Below, one piece after another: positions 1 through 9,698 of a stretch of DNA of 28,127 nucleotides. Each line of letters starts with the position of its first letter. Within the stretch, counting starts at the first letter, position 1. The stretch comes from a virus (lineage: Duplodnaviria; Caudoviricetes): the IMG/VR virus record IMGVR_UViG_3300032239_002165, positions 1-28,127 of that record; one strand, written 5' to 3'. A model generated the notes under the pieces. It had not been told where the DNA came from and made no database searches. It was given only the letters and a program-made list of their open reading frames with translations. Made by a program: the position numbers and the translations under genes.

Positions 1-2
1 AC

Positions 3-3000
3 CCAAACACTACAAGTCCAACGTTCCAAGGATTCTGGGCTGGTGACTCAAATCCAAGCTCTGCTGAATTTTCTGTTAACACTGCAGGTGTGCTAAGCGC
101 AACAGGTGCAACCATTAGCGGTGCACTAACGGCAACTACGCTAACCGCCACAGGATCTGGCTCGATTGGTGGATGGACCATTTCTTCGACAAGCCTTAAG
201 GCTGGCTCCTCTGGTACAACGGTAGGCCTTGATTCCGGCGGAACAAACCCGGCAATCTATGCCGGTAGTGCCACGCCGTCCTCGGCCCCATTCCGGGTTA
301 CTAATGCCGGGGCAGTAACAGCAACTAGCGGTTCAATTGGCGGTTGGACACTTGGCTCAACGTCGCTCACTGCAGGCTCAGCAGGAACTACGGTTGGCGT
401 TGACTCTGGAGGAACCAATCCGGCCTTTTACGCAGGAAGCGCGACGCCAGGATCAGCTCCTTTCAGGGTAACCAATGCCGGGGCACTGACCGCCACAAGC
501 GGAATAGTCGGTGGCTGGACGCTTGGCTCGACGTCGCTTAAGGCCGGTTCTGGTAGTACCACTGTTGGCATTGATTCCGGCGGAACAAACCCAGCAATCT
601 ACGCCGGTAGTGCCACACCCGCTTCTGCTCCGTTCCGAGTCACCAATGCGGGAGCATTAACTGCAACAAGCGGAGCAGTCGGTGGTTGGACGCTTGGCTC
701 TTCAAGCCTTACGTCAGGATCTGGCTCAACAACTGTAGGACTTGATAGTGGCGGAACGAATCCTGCTATTTATGCCGGAAGCTCTACCGCCGCATCTGCA
801 CCTTTCAGGGTTTCCAATACCGGCGCAGTAACGGCCACGAATCTTACGGTAACTGGCGGGAGCATCTCCATTGGAAACTTCTTGTTGAGCACGTCAGGAA
901 ACATCACCGATAAGCTTGTCATTCAGCAAAAGTTCATCACTAACGAAAATGGTGTTGACTTGATTTCTACTAGTTCTACCGGCGGATCGTCATACGCTTT
1001 AAGCAAATCTGTTAGCGATGGTATTTATACCGGCATTCAAAACGGCTCATTTGGAGCCACCCCGCCCACGCTTTCTTCCAACATTAATAACTCCACCAAT
1101 GCATTGCCATATTGGACGTATTCAGATGGCGGTTCGGCCAACAAGCCGTATGCTCAAGTTGTTACATCAACCTCTGCCGCCTCTGGGTATGTCCTTAGGT
1201 TCACAATTCCTGCAAGCGCAGCAGTTGGGGACTATGCATATATCGAGCGTTATGTCGCTGTTCCCGGAAGCTATGCACGATCATATACGTATCAACCACG
1301 AGCGGCATGGTCCAATAGAAGTGCAAGCGATACGTCTATTCTTGTTTATCAAGACGCGCAATACTTTACAAATGCCACCTCAAGCGGTGTTCCGACGACT
1401 AAGACAGGGACGCAGGGCCCTAAGCATGTGGTGGTAACTGCGGTTGTTAATAATACAACTACGCTTCAATATACTTACACAGCAGATACCAATAATACGA
1501 TTGTTGCTGGGGATCGAATTTTTGTTCGAGGTTCAAGTCTTTCTCAGTACAATATTGGGGCTCCAGATAGCCCAGTAACCGTTGACTCAGCAACGTCCAC
1601 AACATTTACGGTAACGCAATCAGTTGCAGCTGGTAGTGCCACGTTTACTAACGGATTTGCCCGAATTTATCCTGGCTCAAAGCTTTTGAGCGATCTTAGC
1701 TCCACGTGGGGAACAGAGACGTGGTCAGATCCTGGATCTTTGCTTATGGCTAACGGAGCTGTTCCAGAAAATGGTGCCTATCTTCGTATCCGTGTTGGGG
1801 TTCTTGTCGGGACTACTGTCGGCGGCACAGCAAGGACCGTAGACCTATCAGAAGTGCGTATTGATCGAGGGCCAATTCAGCTCCAGTTAGTTGATCAAAC
1901 ATCACCAGATACCTACGGATACGGAAATGTTTGGTTGTCTTCTGGCCTGCTTACTATTGCACCGAATCAATCTGGGACTAATGGCGGATCCAGCGGAACA
2001 CAAAACCCACGAATGGAATTCGCCTCATCGGACGGAAAAATTTATATTAAGCCATCTTCAACTGGGTCTGTAATTATTCAAAGCAAAACTACTGGTGGTT
2101 CTGCTGCAGCTGTGCCCCTACAAGTTCAAGGAATTACCTCCCAGACAGGAAACCTTCAGCAGTGGCTTAATGTCGGTGGCACCGTTCTTGCATCTGTTGC
2201 AAGCGATGGTAGTGCCAATTTTCCAAACGTAACATCAGCAGGAGATATCACGGCAAACAACCTTTATGGAACTACTGCTATGTGGAGCCCATACTTAATC
2301 AGCGAAGCCGGTTTATCAAGCACGCTTAATCTACGTGCTTCTAGCGGGCAGGTATTGATACAGGACTCAAACGTTGCAAATGGCACTAACCCGCGCCTAG
2401 CTTTTTACGATAAGAGCGGCACAGCGTACGCTACCGTAAAAAGCGGCGGGGTTGGTATTGTGCAGATTCTCAGCGGAATCTCTACCACAACTTACGGCCA
2501 ACTATGGGCCTCCCGTATTTATCCAATGAACGGTTCTACGGCAAGCCGATATATCTACGACGATGGAACCAACACGCGTTTTACTGGCCCAATTTATGGC
2601 AACAGCACGGTGTACGGAGCAACGGGAGTGCAGTCAGGTACTACGCTAACTTCGGGAGCCAACATTTTGTGCGGTGGCGTTATTCTTGATGACACCCCAA
2701 CTGGCACTACGGCCACAACAAACGCCGCTATTTGGGTACTGATTAGCGGCACTAACTATGAATTGCGCCGAAACACATCGTCCGCACGGTACAAAACAAA
2801 TATTGTTGATGCCGATGAGGCAGTGCTAGAGGCCGCAAAAAAGATTAAACCACGGCATTACGAAAGCACAATTCCAGAAGAGGCAGGCACAACGCGACTG
2901 GGATTTATCGCAGAAGAGGTTGAGGCCGCTGGGCTTACGCACGCAGTTGGCTATGACGGCGAAGGCCGAGTGGATACAATTGATCCGACCGCGCTAATTG

Positions 3001-3065
3001 CCGCTCTATATGCGCGTGTTAATGATCTTGAGATTCGCCTAGCAGAACTCGAAACCGGTGCCTAG
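3..3065 (+). CDS. Tail fibre / receptor-binding protein, 5'-truncated, with C-terminal intramolecular chaperone (peptidase S74-like) domain
   Basis: The frame is open from base 3 (PNTTSPTFQGFWAGDSNPSSAEFSVNTAGV...), so the real start lies before the window. The protein is G/S/T-rich with repeats. The C-terminal TSSARYKTNI...LGFIAEEVE...coiled coil (ARVNDLEIRLAELE) matches the S74 chaperone pattern. Confidence 0.9.
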   Translation, partial: PNTTSPTFQGFWAGDSNPSSAEFSVNTAGVLSATGATISGALTATTLTATGSGSIGGWTISSTSLKAGSSGTTVGLDSGGTNPAIYAGSATPSSAPFRVTNAGAVTATSGSIGGWTLGSTSLTAGSAGTTVGVDSGGTNPAFYAGSATPGSAPFRVTNAGALTATSGIVGGWTLGSTSLKAGSGSTTVGIDSGGTNPAIYAGSATPASAPFRVTNAGALTATSGAVGGWTLGSSSLTSGSGSTTVGLDSGGTNPAIYAGSSTAASAPFRVSNTGAVTATNLTVTGGSISIGNFLLSTSGNITDKLVIQQKFITNENGVDLISTSSTGGSSYALSKSVSDGIYTGIQNGSFGATPPTLSSNINNSTNALPYWTYSDGGSANKPYAQVVTSTSAASGYVLRFTIPASAAVGDYAYIERYVAVPGSYARSYTYQPRAAWSNRSASDTSILVYQDAQYFTNATSSGVPTTKTGTQGPKHVVVTAVVNNTTTLQYTYTADTNNTIVAGDRIFVRGSSLSQYNIGAPDSPVTVDSATSTTFTVTQSVAAGSATFTNGFARIYPGSKLLSDLSSTWGTETWSDPGSLLMANGAVPENGAYLRIRVGVLVGTTVGGTARTVDLSEVRIDRGPIQLQLVDQTSPDTYGYGNVWLSSGLLTIAPNQSGTNGGSSGTQNPRMEFASSDGKIYIKPSSTGSVIIQSKTTGGSAAAVPLQVQGITSQTGNLQQWLNVGGTVLASVASDGSANFPNVTSAGDITANNLYGTTAMWSPYLISEAGLSSTLNLRASSGQVLIQDSNVANGTNPRLAFYDKSGTAYATVKSGGVGIVQILSGISTTTYGQLWASRIYPMNGSTASRYIYDDGTNTRFTGPIYGNSTVYGATGVQSGTTLTSGANILCGGVILDDTPTGTTATTNAAIWVLISGTNYELRRNTSSARYKTNIVDADEAVLEAAKKIKPRHYESTIPEEAGTTRLGFIAEEVEAAGLTHAVGYDGEGRVDTIDPTALIAALYARVNDLEIRLAELETGA
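159..842 (+). repeat. Four tandem 171-bp (57-aa) repeats in the tail fibre
   Basis: Units start at 159, 330, 501 and 672. Consensus GxxGGWTLGSTSLxAGSxxTTVGxDSGGTNPAIYAGSATPxSAPFRVTNAGAxTATS. A degenerate partial unit lies at 3-110. Confidence 0.95.
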
Positions 3066-3122
3066 CTCGATTATTTACCGTATTCTTTCCTAGCCGTACA
3101 GGCATAACAAAGGGGGTATTCC

Positions 3123-3866
3123 ATGCGATACAAGGTAAAGTCCCAGCTCTATTCTGACGCTGAGGCAATTAAACAGGGAATCTTGGACGATTGCGGTCCA
3201 TCTTCTATGGCCGCAGCAGTGTCATGGGTGTTTCAGTATGCCCCTGGTCACGATTTTAGCGCTTCTGACGGGGTTGCCGCTAAGGCAAAGGCAACCGGCA
3301 AGGTTGATAAGCAGGGTGTTTCCGATAACGGTTCGTCACTTGGCGACCTTATCAAGACTGCTCGTGTGCTTGGCGCCGAAGCCCGGTTTGCCACTAGCTG
3401 GGAAGACGTTCTTGCGTCTGCAAAAGCTGGAGCGGCCCTTGGTGTCTGGGTGCAGCAACCAATTGGATACCCAGCTGGTTTGGAAATTAGTGCTTGGCAC
3501 CGAAAGTGGGCAAAATGGTGGGGGCCAGGTGGCGGCGGCTACAAGAAAGATCCAACGCATATTCGAGATGGCTATGGCCATATGACTTCTGCTGCTTGGT
3601 GCGCAGATCATGGATGGCAATGGGCATGCCCAACCCGAGAGGGTAAAGGAGCAGAAGAGTTTGGCGTTTTAATTACAGAAGCTCAACTTTTTTCTCTTGC
3701 AGATTCAAAGCGAGTCAGCAAAGCACACATTGCTCCAGCATGGCAGCATGTTATCATTATCTCAGCGCCAAAGGGTTGGGTTGCGCCTAAGCCTGCGGCA
3801 GCGCCGGTAGCCCCTGCGGCTCTTGCGCCAGCCAAGCCGGCAGTATGCCAGGCTTGCGGAAAGTAA
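3123..3866 (+). CDS. Peptidase C39-like cysteine peptidase, putative endolysin
   Basis: SQL...DDCGPSSMAAA (catalytic Cys), YGHM (His). RBS AAGGGGG. Lies between the tail fibre and holin genes. Pro/Ala tail ending CQAC. Confidence 0.7.
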   Translation: MRYKVKSQLYSDAEAIKQGILDDCGPSSMAAAVSWVFQYAPGHDFSASDGVAAKAKATGKVDKQGVSDNGSSLGDLIKTARVLGAEARFATSWEDVLASAKAGAALGVWVQQPIGYPAGLEISAWHRKWAKWWGPGGGGYKKDPTHIRDGYGHMTSAAWCADHGWQWACPTREGKGAEEFGVLITEAQLFSLADSKRVSKAHIAPAWQHVIIISAPKGWVAPKPAAAPVAPAALAPAKPAVCQACGK

Positions 3867-3880
3867 TAGAAGGAGTAAAC

Positions 3881-4294
3881 ATGAGCGCCATTAAGAACGC
3901 AGTTCTATGGATCATGGCAAACACAGGTATCGATGAGATGCTTTTGGAGGCCATGCGCGCGTTTATCGCAACATCAATTGCCGTAGCCCTTGGACTTGGA
4001 ATTCCTCTGCTCGATATCTCAGGCAGTGATTTCCGGGTAGTAGTTTCTGCCGGACTAGCCGCCTGCTTGCAGGTCATTGTTCGTGCACTAAATCCTGAAG
4101 ACTCCAAGTTTGGAGTTGGCAAGGCAAAGGTTGCTAAGGCTGAAGAGAAGGCCGCTGCCGAAAGCACGGCTGATATTACGGGCAGTGCAATTGATACCAA
4201 TGGGGATGGAATTGCTGATCAGCTCGCCGGCACTCTTGCCAATGAAGATCATGCGGATTTCCAGCACCTTGAGGACGACGGTCATCAGGGCTGA
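3881..4294 (+). CDS. Putative holin (2 TM segments, acidic C-terminal tail)
   Basis: AAGGAG RBS precedes ATG 3881 (MSAIKN...). Hydrophobic segments are followed by RALNPEDSKFG, a pattern typical of small phage holins. Follows the endolysin candidate. Confidence 0.7.
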   Translation: MSAIKNAVLWIMANTGIDEMLLEAMRAFIATSIAVALGLGIPLLDISGSDFRVVVSAGLAACLQVIVRALNPEDSKFGVGKAKVAKAEEKAAAESTADITGSAIDTNGDGIADQLAGTLANEDHADFQHLEDDGHQG

Positions 4295-4311
4295 TCTCCG
4301 TAGGATACAAT

Positions 4312-4349
4312 AAAAGAGGAGGGGCCCCGTGAGGCCCCTCCTCTTTTTT
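4312..4349. terminator. Bidirectional intrinsic terminator
   Basis: AAAAGAGGAGGGGCC-ccgtga-GGCCCCTCCTCTTTT: a perfect inverted repeat with A/T tracts on both sides, between convergent genes. Confidence 0.9.
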
Positions 4350-4364
4350 ATGCCTTAAGAACGA

Positions 4365-4541
4365 TTAGTCGTCTTCGCGCCAGCGAAGAGGGCCGGTAAT
4401 GAGCCATGCTCCGGTAAGGGCAAGCAAAATTGATCCCACTACGTCGCGGGTTTCGCCCTCTGGAAGCACCGCCCAGGCGATGGCCAAACCAAAGATTGTC
4501 CAGCCACCAGAGATAATATCGTTTACTGCGTTTTTAATCAT
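4365..4541 (-). CDS. Small 2-TM membrane protein (58 aa), not in the ORF track
   Basis: [58 protein letters not shown]. Its ATG overlaps the upstream TGA (ATGA). Confidence 0.85.
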   Translation of the reverse strand: MIKNAVNDIISGGWTIFGLAIAWAVLPEGETRDVVGSILLALTGAWLITGPLRWREDD

Positions 4542-6010
4542 TTGCGGTTTCTCCTTGGTTTATCTCCACCGCCGGACGAGGTGGAGCCGCCCCCACCAGT
4601 CGTTCGAGCAGCGCTTGCCGCGCTTGCAGCAGCTGCTGCAGCTTGGGCTACTTGCGTCACCACAACAGCCGCAACCACAACCGGTGCGGCCTTTTTCTTT
4701 TCCTCCGGTGAAAGGTCCTTGCCAAGATTGGTAATTGCAGTGACAGCTTTACCAACGTTTTCTACACTATTGCTGATGGTGTCGGCAATAGCTGCGGCAG
4801 CTTCCCCAACGGCCCCCGTTACCGCCCCCACAGCAGCACCCGGATCAATGGGTCCAGGTGTGTCAGTAGGTACAGGGCTGGGATCAAGAGAAGGGGTCGG
4901 AGATTCCGTAGGGGTGGCCGTCGGCTCGGGCGTCGGCTCGGGTGTGGGAGTCGGGGACGAAACTGGTGCATGGGTTACCTCCGGGCTATGGCTTGGACGC
5001 GGTGTTGGGGACGGCGTCACAGAAGGCTCTGGAAGGGGGGTAGGAGCCACGCTGGGGCTTGGCGTTGGCGGTTCTGGTGTCGGAGTGGGGGTAGGCTCTG
5101 GCGTGGGCTCAGAAGTCGGCTCTGGGGTTGGCTCAGGTGTAGGACTTGGGGTTGGTGGCGGAGGCGCAGGAACAAACACAGAAACCGGCACCGATGAGGG
5201 CGAATAAACGCCAAGGGTGTCATTGTCAGCCCTAATCCAGAATGTGTAATTTGCGTTGACGCCACCGGTCTGAATAAACACACCGTTAGCAATTGTCATG
5301 TTTGTTTCAAGTGATGCGGCCCCCCAGCCGAGGGCGTCTCCGGTAGTCCAAAAGACAGCGTATCTCTCGACATCCGTACCGCTTGCCTCTGGTGCATTCC
5401 ACATGAGGGAAACACTGCCATCGCTATAAACAGTTACCAGCAGTCCAGTTGGGGCGTTTAGGTATGGGTCTGGAACGGGCGTTGGGGTTGGCTCAGGGGT
5501 TGGCGTTGGCGTAGGCGTTGGCGTAGGCGTTGGCGGTGGTGTTGGGGTCCACGTTGCCGATGGTGTCCCGGGAGCAAGCTCAGCCTCAAAGTTGCTGATC
5601 ATGTAGTAATGATTGCCATAGAAACGGTCGGCCGCTGGATCGCCACAACATACGCCCGCACGAATGCGATAATTCCCTGCTGGAACAGAAATTCGTATTG
5701 TTGAAGCAAGGGAATATCCGCCCGTGTGTTCAGTGTACGAGTCATCGTTGGCAGCAATCAAATTTCCTTGATCATCGTACAGCCACAGCATGGAGTCAAC
5801 GATTCCGTCGCACCAGCCACTGTTGGTGTTATCGCAAAGGTCAGTCCAGATATGAAGCAGGCTTTGCTCTGGAACGGTAATCCAAAAATCTTGCGTTCGG
5901 TCGACATAGCTATTTTGATTTGCTGCAACCGAATTAACAACTAGTCCATAAGTAAGAGTTGCTAAGATAAGCCAGATTGCTGCAGCAATTGCCATTAGCT
6001 TTGTATTCAT
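4538..6010 (-). CDS. Exported membrane-anchored protein: signal/TM, PPC-like domain, fibronectin type III domain, Pro/Thr/Glu linkers, C-terminal hydrophobic segment
   Basis: Start MNTKLM at 6010 overlaps the upstream stop (ATGA). [19 protein letters not shown]...AGNYRIRA is PPC-like. APTGL...VSLMWNAP...YTFWIRADN is FN3-like. Long PT/PEPT tracts. Confidence 0.8.
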   Translation of the reverse strand: MNTKLMAIAAAIWLILATLTYGLVVNSVAANQNSYVDRTQDFWITVPEQSLLHIWTDLCDNTNSGWCDGIVDSMLWLYDDQGNLIAANDDSYTEHTGGYSLASTIRISVPAGNYRIRAGVCCGDPAADRFYGNHYYMISNFEAELAPGTPSATWTPTPPPTPTPTPTPTPTPEPTPTPVPDPYLNAPTGLLVTVYSDGSVSLMWNAPEASGTDVERYAVFWTTGDALGWGAASLETNMTIANGVFIQTGGVNANYTFWIRADNDTLGVYSPSSVPVSVFVPAPPPPTPSPTPEPTPEPTSEPTPEPTPTPTPEPPTPSPSVAPTPLPEPSVTPSPTPRPSHSPEVTHAPVSSPTPTPEPTPEPTATPTESPTPSLDPSPVPTDTPGPIDPGAAVGAVTGAVGEAAAAIADTISNSVENVGKAVTAITNLGKDLSPEEKKKAAPVVVAAVVVTQVAQAAAAAASAASAARTTGGGGSTSSGGGDKPRRNRK

Positions 6011-6192
6011 TTGCCCTGCCCTGCCATCCAAGCAACAAAGCTGCTAATTCCGGTAAGGCCAAGGATGCCAATAATGAACTTGGCAAGTCGGTAGGCACCA
6101 CGAGTTTCTGCCATTTCAACACGCATGGCAGCAATTTCTTCCTCGATTTTTTCGAGGCGTTCAAGAATTTTGTCGACTTGGCTGGACGTCAC
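6007..6192 (-). CDS. Small coiled-coil + TM protein (XhlA/holin-like)
   Basis: [16 protein letters not shown] coiled coil followed by one C-terminal TM. GAGGT RBS before the GTG start. Confidence 0.7.
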   Translation of the reverse strand: MTSSQVDKILERLEKIEEEIAAMRVEMAETRGAYRLAKFIIGILGLTGISSFVAWMAGQGK

Positions 6193-6270
6193 ATTGGCAC
6201 CTCATCATGCTATGCGCAAAGGGAATTGACGTGCCTAATATATGTTATGAAAGATTAACGTTCAACAAAT

Positions 6271-6304
6271 AAAAAGTCTGCCGGCAAAAACCGACAGACT
6301 CTTT
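6271..6304 (-). terminator. Intrinsic terminator of the leftward tail-accessory operon
   Basis: Minus strand AGTCTGTCGG-tttttg-CCGGCAGACT followed by TTTTATTT. Confidence 0.75.
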
Positions 6305-6324
6305 AATACAAAACGATTAGCTAA

Positions 6325-6501
6325 TTAATCGCTGATGCTTTGAAAGCTGACCGTTGTTGTTGGGTAAACGTGTTCTTCCGGCTTTGGAAGCTCTGCAACT
6401 TGCTTTTGCAGTTGTTCAATCTGCGCGCGCAAGATATCGTTTTCTAGCGTAAGCGCGCCGATCTTGTAAATTAACTGCTCGGTTGTGATTCGCTGGTCCA
6501 T
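6325..6501 (-). CDS. Small coiled-coil protein (58 aa), not in the ORF track
   Basis: MDQRITTEQLIYKIGALTLENDILRAQIEQLQKQVAELPKPEEHVYPTTTVSFQSISD. Strong AAGGAG RBS. Confidence 0.85.
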   Translation of the reverse strand: MDQRITTEQLIYKIGALTLENDILRAQIEQLQKQVAELPKPEEHVYPTTTVSFQSISD

Positions 6502-6516
6502 GATTACTCCTTCTTA

Positions 6517-6639
6517 TCAGCCGTTTGGCTTTTGATACATTGCCCCGCATCCTTCGCAAAGATACATTTGCTGGAACGGAACTTGTTGTATCTTACCATG
6601 CGCTGGACAATTTTCAATGGAGCAGATGAATTCCCACAT
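6517..6639 (-). CDS. 40-aa Cys-rich microprotein (Cx4C...CxxC), not in the ORF track
   Basis: MWEFICSIENCPAHGKIQQVPFQQMYLCEGCGAMYQKPNG. AAGGT RBS; fills the operon gap. Confidence 0.7.
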   Translation of the reverse strand: MWEFICSIENCPAHGKIQQVPFQQMYLCEGCGAMYQKPNG

Positions 6640-6649
6640 ATTTACCTTC

Positions 6650-7552
6650 TTAGTTGATCGACATTACTGTCATTTGTGTATACGCAAGACTTAATGTTAA
6701 TCCGTTAGTGGTTTGTACGGTTCCGTAAAGTTTAAACTTGCGAGCACTTGTTGTATCTGCTACCCAAATCTTCGTAAAGGCAACTGCTGATCCACGACCA
6801 GACTGACCATAGTTATCAGATCGGCTAAATCCTAAGTCGCTTCCCACAATAGTATTAGAAGCATCAGTAATATTTGCACGAACAAATGCATACTGAATAG
6901 TTGTTGTAACTAGCGATGCATATGCAGTAAATGTAAGCAAAAATCTTTGCCCAACAAACTGTGGCGTGAAACTAACTTCAGCATTTGTTAGTGCGTAATA
7001 TGTTCCAGCGGTCGTGATTGTTGTGGCATCTGCTGAACCTCCCTTATCATAGCTTCCATATACTGGCGTTGTGATTGCAAAGTTATTTGCAATTGTTGCT
7101 GATGGAACGCTTAGTTGGCCGCTATCAGTAAGCGTAAAAATATTTGTTGTGTAAGCATTGTTAATAATTTCTAATCCGCCAGTTGAGTTTAGGCGGAAAA
7201 ACTTTTTTGGATTTGTAGCAGATCCAAAAGTGTTTTTCACATCAAGGAATCCATGGTAACCAGCACCACCTCGTTGGTTGTAGCCAACGGCGTTGATGCT
7301 TGCGGTGTCCGTTGAGGTTGTTGTGTCTCCGCCGCCGATTGTAACTTGCGTCAGTGACGGGCTTGTTAGACTCTTATTGGTAAGTGTCTGTGTTGCTGAT
7401 GTGGTTACAACATCAACACCCTCTACGGCAAGCGTTCCTGCTGCTGATCGAGAGAGGGTAGTATCTGTTGCGTTACCAAGCTCAATCGTGCCGCCAACCG
7501 TAAGGTCGTCGGCTGAAGTTGAAAGACTTACGTCAGCAAGAATTTTTACCAT
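6650..7552 (-). CDS. Tail fibre-associated / receptor-binding virion protein
   Basis: TTSATQTLTNKSLTSP fibre motif; C-terminal beta-sandwich-like region; T/S/G-rich. Confidence 0.7.
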   Translation of the reverse strand: MVKILADVSLSTSADDLTVGGTIELGNATDTTLSRSAAGTLAVEGVDVVTTSATQTLTNKSLTSPSLTQVTIGGGDTTTSTDTASINAVGYNQRGGAGYHGFLDVKNTFGSATNPKKFFRLNSTGGLEIINNAYTTNIFTLTDSGQLSVPSATIANNFAITTPVYGSYDKGGSADATTITTAGTYYALTNAEVSFTPQFVGQRFLLTFTAYASLVTTTIQYAFVRANITDASNTIVGSDLGFSRSDNYGQSGRGSAVAFTKIWVADTTSARKFKLYGTVQTTNGLTLSLAYTQMTVMSIN

Positions 7553-7561
7553 AAGGGTATC

Positions 7562-9235
7562 TTACCCTAGAACGACAACTCGGTATGTCCCAGCCAGGCT
7601 GATTGTTACGGTCAGGGTGTTGGTGGTTGCCGTTACGACGTCGCAGAACACCACGGCATCACCTGAATCGTACACGGAAACTACTACTGCCTTCGTTCCA
7701 AGGCTGTGGGTAACCGTCTTGGCTTCTCCAGCTGCCCAGGTGGCGCTGGTATTGTAGCGCAGTGCACCCCCATAGGTGGAAGCGATAGCCGTACCCTGCC
7801 AGATGCCGGTGGCAATTGTTCCCAACGTTGTAATCGAACTTGATCCCGTATAGGTACCGCCAGCCACCGCCGCAAGCGTGCTGTTGTAGGCCTGAACGTC
7901 CGTGCCGATAGCAAGGCCAAGAGCCGTTCGAGCGCCAGAGGCAGTTGTCGCGCCAGTTCCGCCGTAGGAGATACCAACGGCCGTACCCTGCCACACGCCG
8001 GTTGCAATGGTTCCAACCGACGTCAGGCTGGAGCCGGTAACACCGCTACCAAGGGTCGTGCTGCTAAGAACTGACGTTCCATTGATGTAATACGCCTTAC
8101 CAGTAAGCAAGTTAAGGTGCTCAGATGCGGTCCATGCTCCGGTTGCGTTAACCCAGTTAAACGTCTTGTCCGTGGCGCCTTTAAGGGTAATACCACCGCC
8201 ATCGGCCCCAACGTCTGTTGGGCTGGCGACAGAGCCAAGTTCAATGTTTTTATCGTCGATTGTAACAGTTGTTGAGTTGATCGTGGTGGTCGTTCCGTTT
8301 ACGGTCAAGTCTCCGGAAAGCGTCAGGCTTGTACCGGTAGCTGCGCCGATGTTTGGCGTAACAAGCGTTGGCGTATTTGCAAAGACTAGCGCTCCGGTGC
8401 CGGTCTCATCGGTGACGGCGCTTGCCAAGTTTGCTGACGATGGGGTAGCAAGGAACGTGGCAACACCGGTTCCAAGACCAGACACACCGGTGCTAATTGG
8501 AAGGCCGGTAGCATTGGTCAGTGTAGCGCTGGCTGGAGTTCCAAGCGTTGGCGTAACAAGCGTTGGGCTATTGGCAAAAACCAATGCACCGCTACCAGTT
8601 TCATCAGAGATAACTCCGGCAAGCTCAGAAGATGATGTTGCAGCAAATACGCTGAGCTTGTTTCCGGTCAGTGCAACCGTACCAGTTGTAGCAGGAAGAG
8701 TAATGACGGTGCCAGTTCCGGCAATAGCGGTAGGGATGATTTGGGCGCTGCCAGAGGTAGATCCAGGAAGGGTAATGCTAGAAATGCCGGTAAGCGCAAG
8801 ATTTGCTGAAGATCGGTTAAGGGCGACGCTGGTCGTACCAATGTACGTAACGTCTGACGGGTTTGCCTTGGCAGCAGCCGTGTCATAAGCCGTTTTAACG
8901 CTGTTTGGCGTTGCCGCTGTCGTGGTGCTGGTGCTGCTCGTTGAATCTGTGAGCTGAACGGCACCCTTCTGAGTAGTCGAGGCATCCTGAATGCTGATGG
9001 TTGGCGTATTTCCGCCAGTAGATGCAAGCGGGCTAGAGGCGCTAACGGAAGTGACGGTTCCGGCGCCGGTTGAAAGAGATACCCACGCCGTACCGTTATA
9101 TACCTTGATTAAGTTAGAAACAGTGTTGTAATAAATCTGACCCGCAATAGGCGTACCCGGATCGGTAGCAAGATTCTGGATTGAAGCGTTCTGCAGCTCA
9201 TTTTTCTGGAGGTCTAGGTTGGTTAGGAACTTCAC
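7562..9235 (-). CDS. Tail fibre-like virion protein
   Basis: GQIYYNT...YNGTAW, DASTTQKGAVQL, and duplicated SDETGSGALVFANSPTLVTP and GTIATGxWQGTA motifs typical of phage fibres. Confidence 0.8.
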   Translation of the reverse strand: MKFLTNLDLQKNELQNASIQNLATDPGTPIAGQIYYNTVSNLIKVYNGTAWVSLSTGAGTVTSVSASSPLASTGGNTPTISIQDASTTQKGAVQLTDSTSSTSTTTAATPNSVKTAYDTAAAKANPSDVTYIGTTSVALNRSSANLALTGISSITLPGSTSGSAQIIPTAIAGTGTVITLPATTGTVALTGNKLSVFAATSSSELAGVISDETGSGALVFANSPTLVTPTLGTPASATLTNATGLPISTGVSGLGTGVATFLATPSSANLASAVTDETGTGALVFANTPTLVTPNIGAATGTSLTLSGDLTVNGTTTTINSTTVTIDDKNIELGSVASPTDVGADGGGITLKGATDKTFNWVNATGAWTASEHLNLLTGKAYYINGTSVLSSTTLGSGVTGSSLTSVGTIATGVWQGTAVGISYGGTGATTASGARTALGLAIGTDVQAYNSTLAAVAGGTYTGSSSITTLGTIATGIWQGTAIASTYGGALRYNTSATWAAGEAKTVTHSLGTKAVVVSVYDSGDAVVFCDVVTATTNTLTVTISLAGTYRVVVLG

Positions 9236-9245
9236 GTCTTCCCCC

Positions 9246-9698
9246 TCAGTTTAGGTAGGCTTTGCCGCCAAAAGAGGCAACAAACGTCAATCGAAGGCTG
9301 TTGGCATCAAGATACTCAATGTTTCCGTAAACCACACTACCAGCCGAATCTACAACCATGACTGAAGGAAAACAGTTTAAGTTGTGCGTGATTGTCCAGG
9401 TAGCAGATGAGGTATTCTGGTTGTGCGTGTAGGTTGTATGAGATGCACCGGTTCCCTGCGGGCCTTGTGGACCGGTTTCGCCCTGTGGCCCCTGCGGACC
9501 TTGTGAACCTGTTGATCCAATCGCTCCGGTATTTCCCGTGTCGCCCTTGGGGCCCTGGAGCCCTACTGAGGCTACTGTGACGCTATTTGTGGTTTGATTA
9601 GCGGTAATCGTATTTGCAGCTGGCGAGACAGTAACTATATTCCCTGGCTGTTCGGTGACAGTTAGGTCTATATCAACAATATTTACATCGGGGCTCAT
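9246..9698 (-). CDS. Collagen-like (Gly-X-Y) virion protein
   Basis: About 12 consecutive G-X-Y triplets ([12 protein letters not shown]...GPQGPQ). C-terminal WTITHNLN...VVDSAG domain resembles the C-terminus of 7562-9235. Confidence 0.8.
   Translation of the reverse strand: MSPDVNIVDIDLTVTEQPGNIVTVSPAANTITANQTTNSVTVASVGLQGPKGDTGNTGAIGSTGSQGPQGPQGETGPQGPQGTGASHTTYTHNQNTSSATWTITHNLNCFPSVMVVDSAGSVVYGNIEYLDANSLRLTFVASFGGKAYLN

Noticed and set aside
4542-5207. 221-aa plus-strand G/V/S-rich ORF
   Set aside because: Antisense shadow of the Pro/Thr repeats of 4538-6010; no RBS.
7293-8888. Plus-strand ORFs 7293-7757 and 8166-8888
   Set aside because: Antisense mirrors of T/G/S-rich fibre genes.
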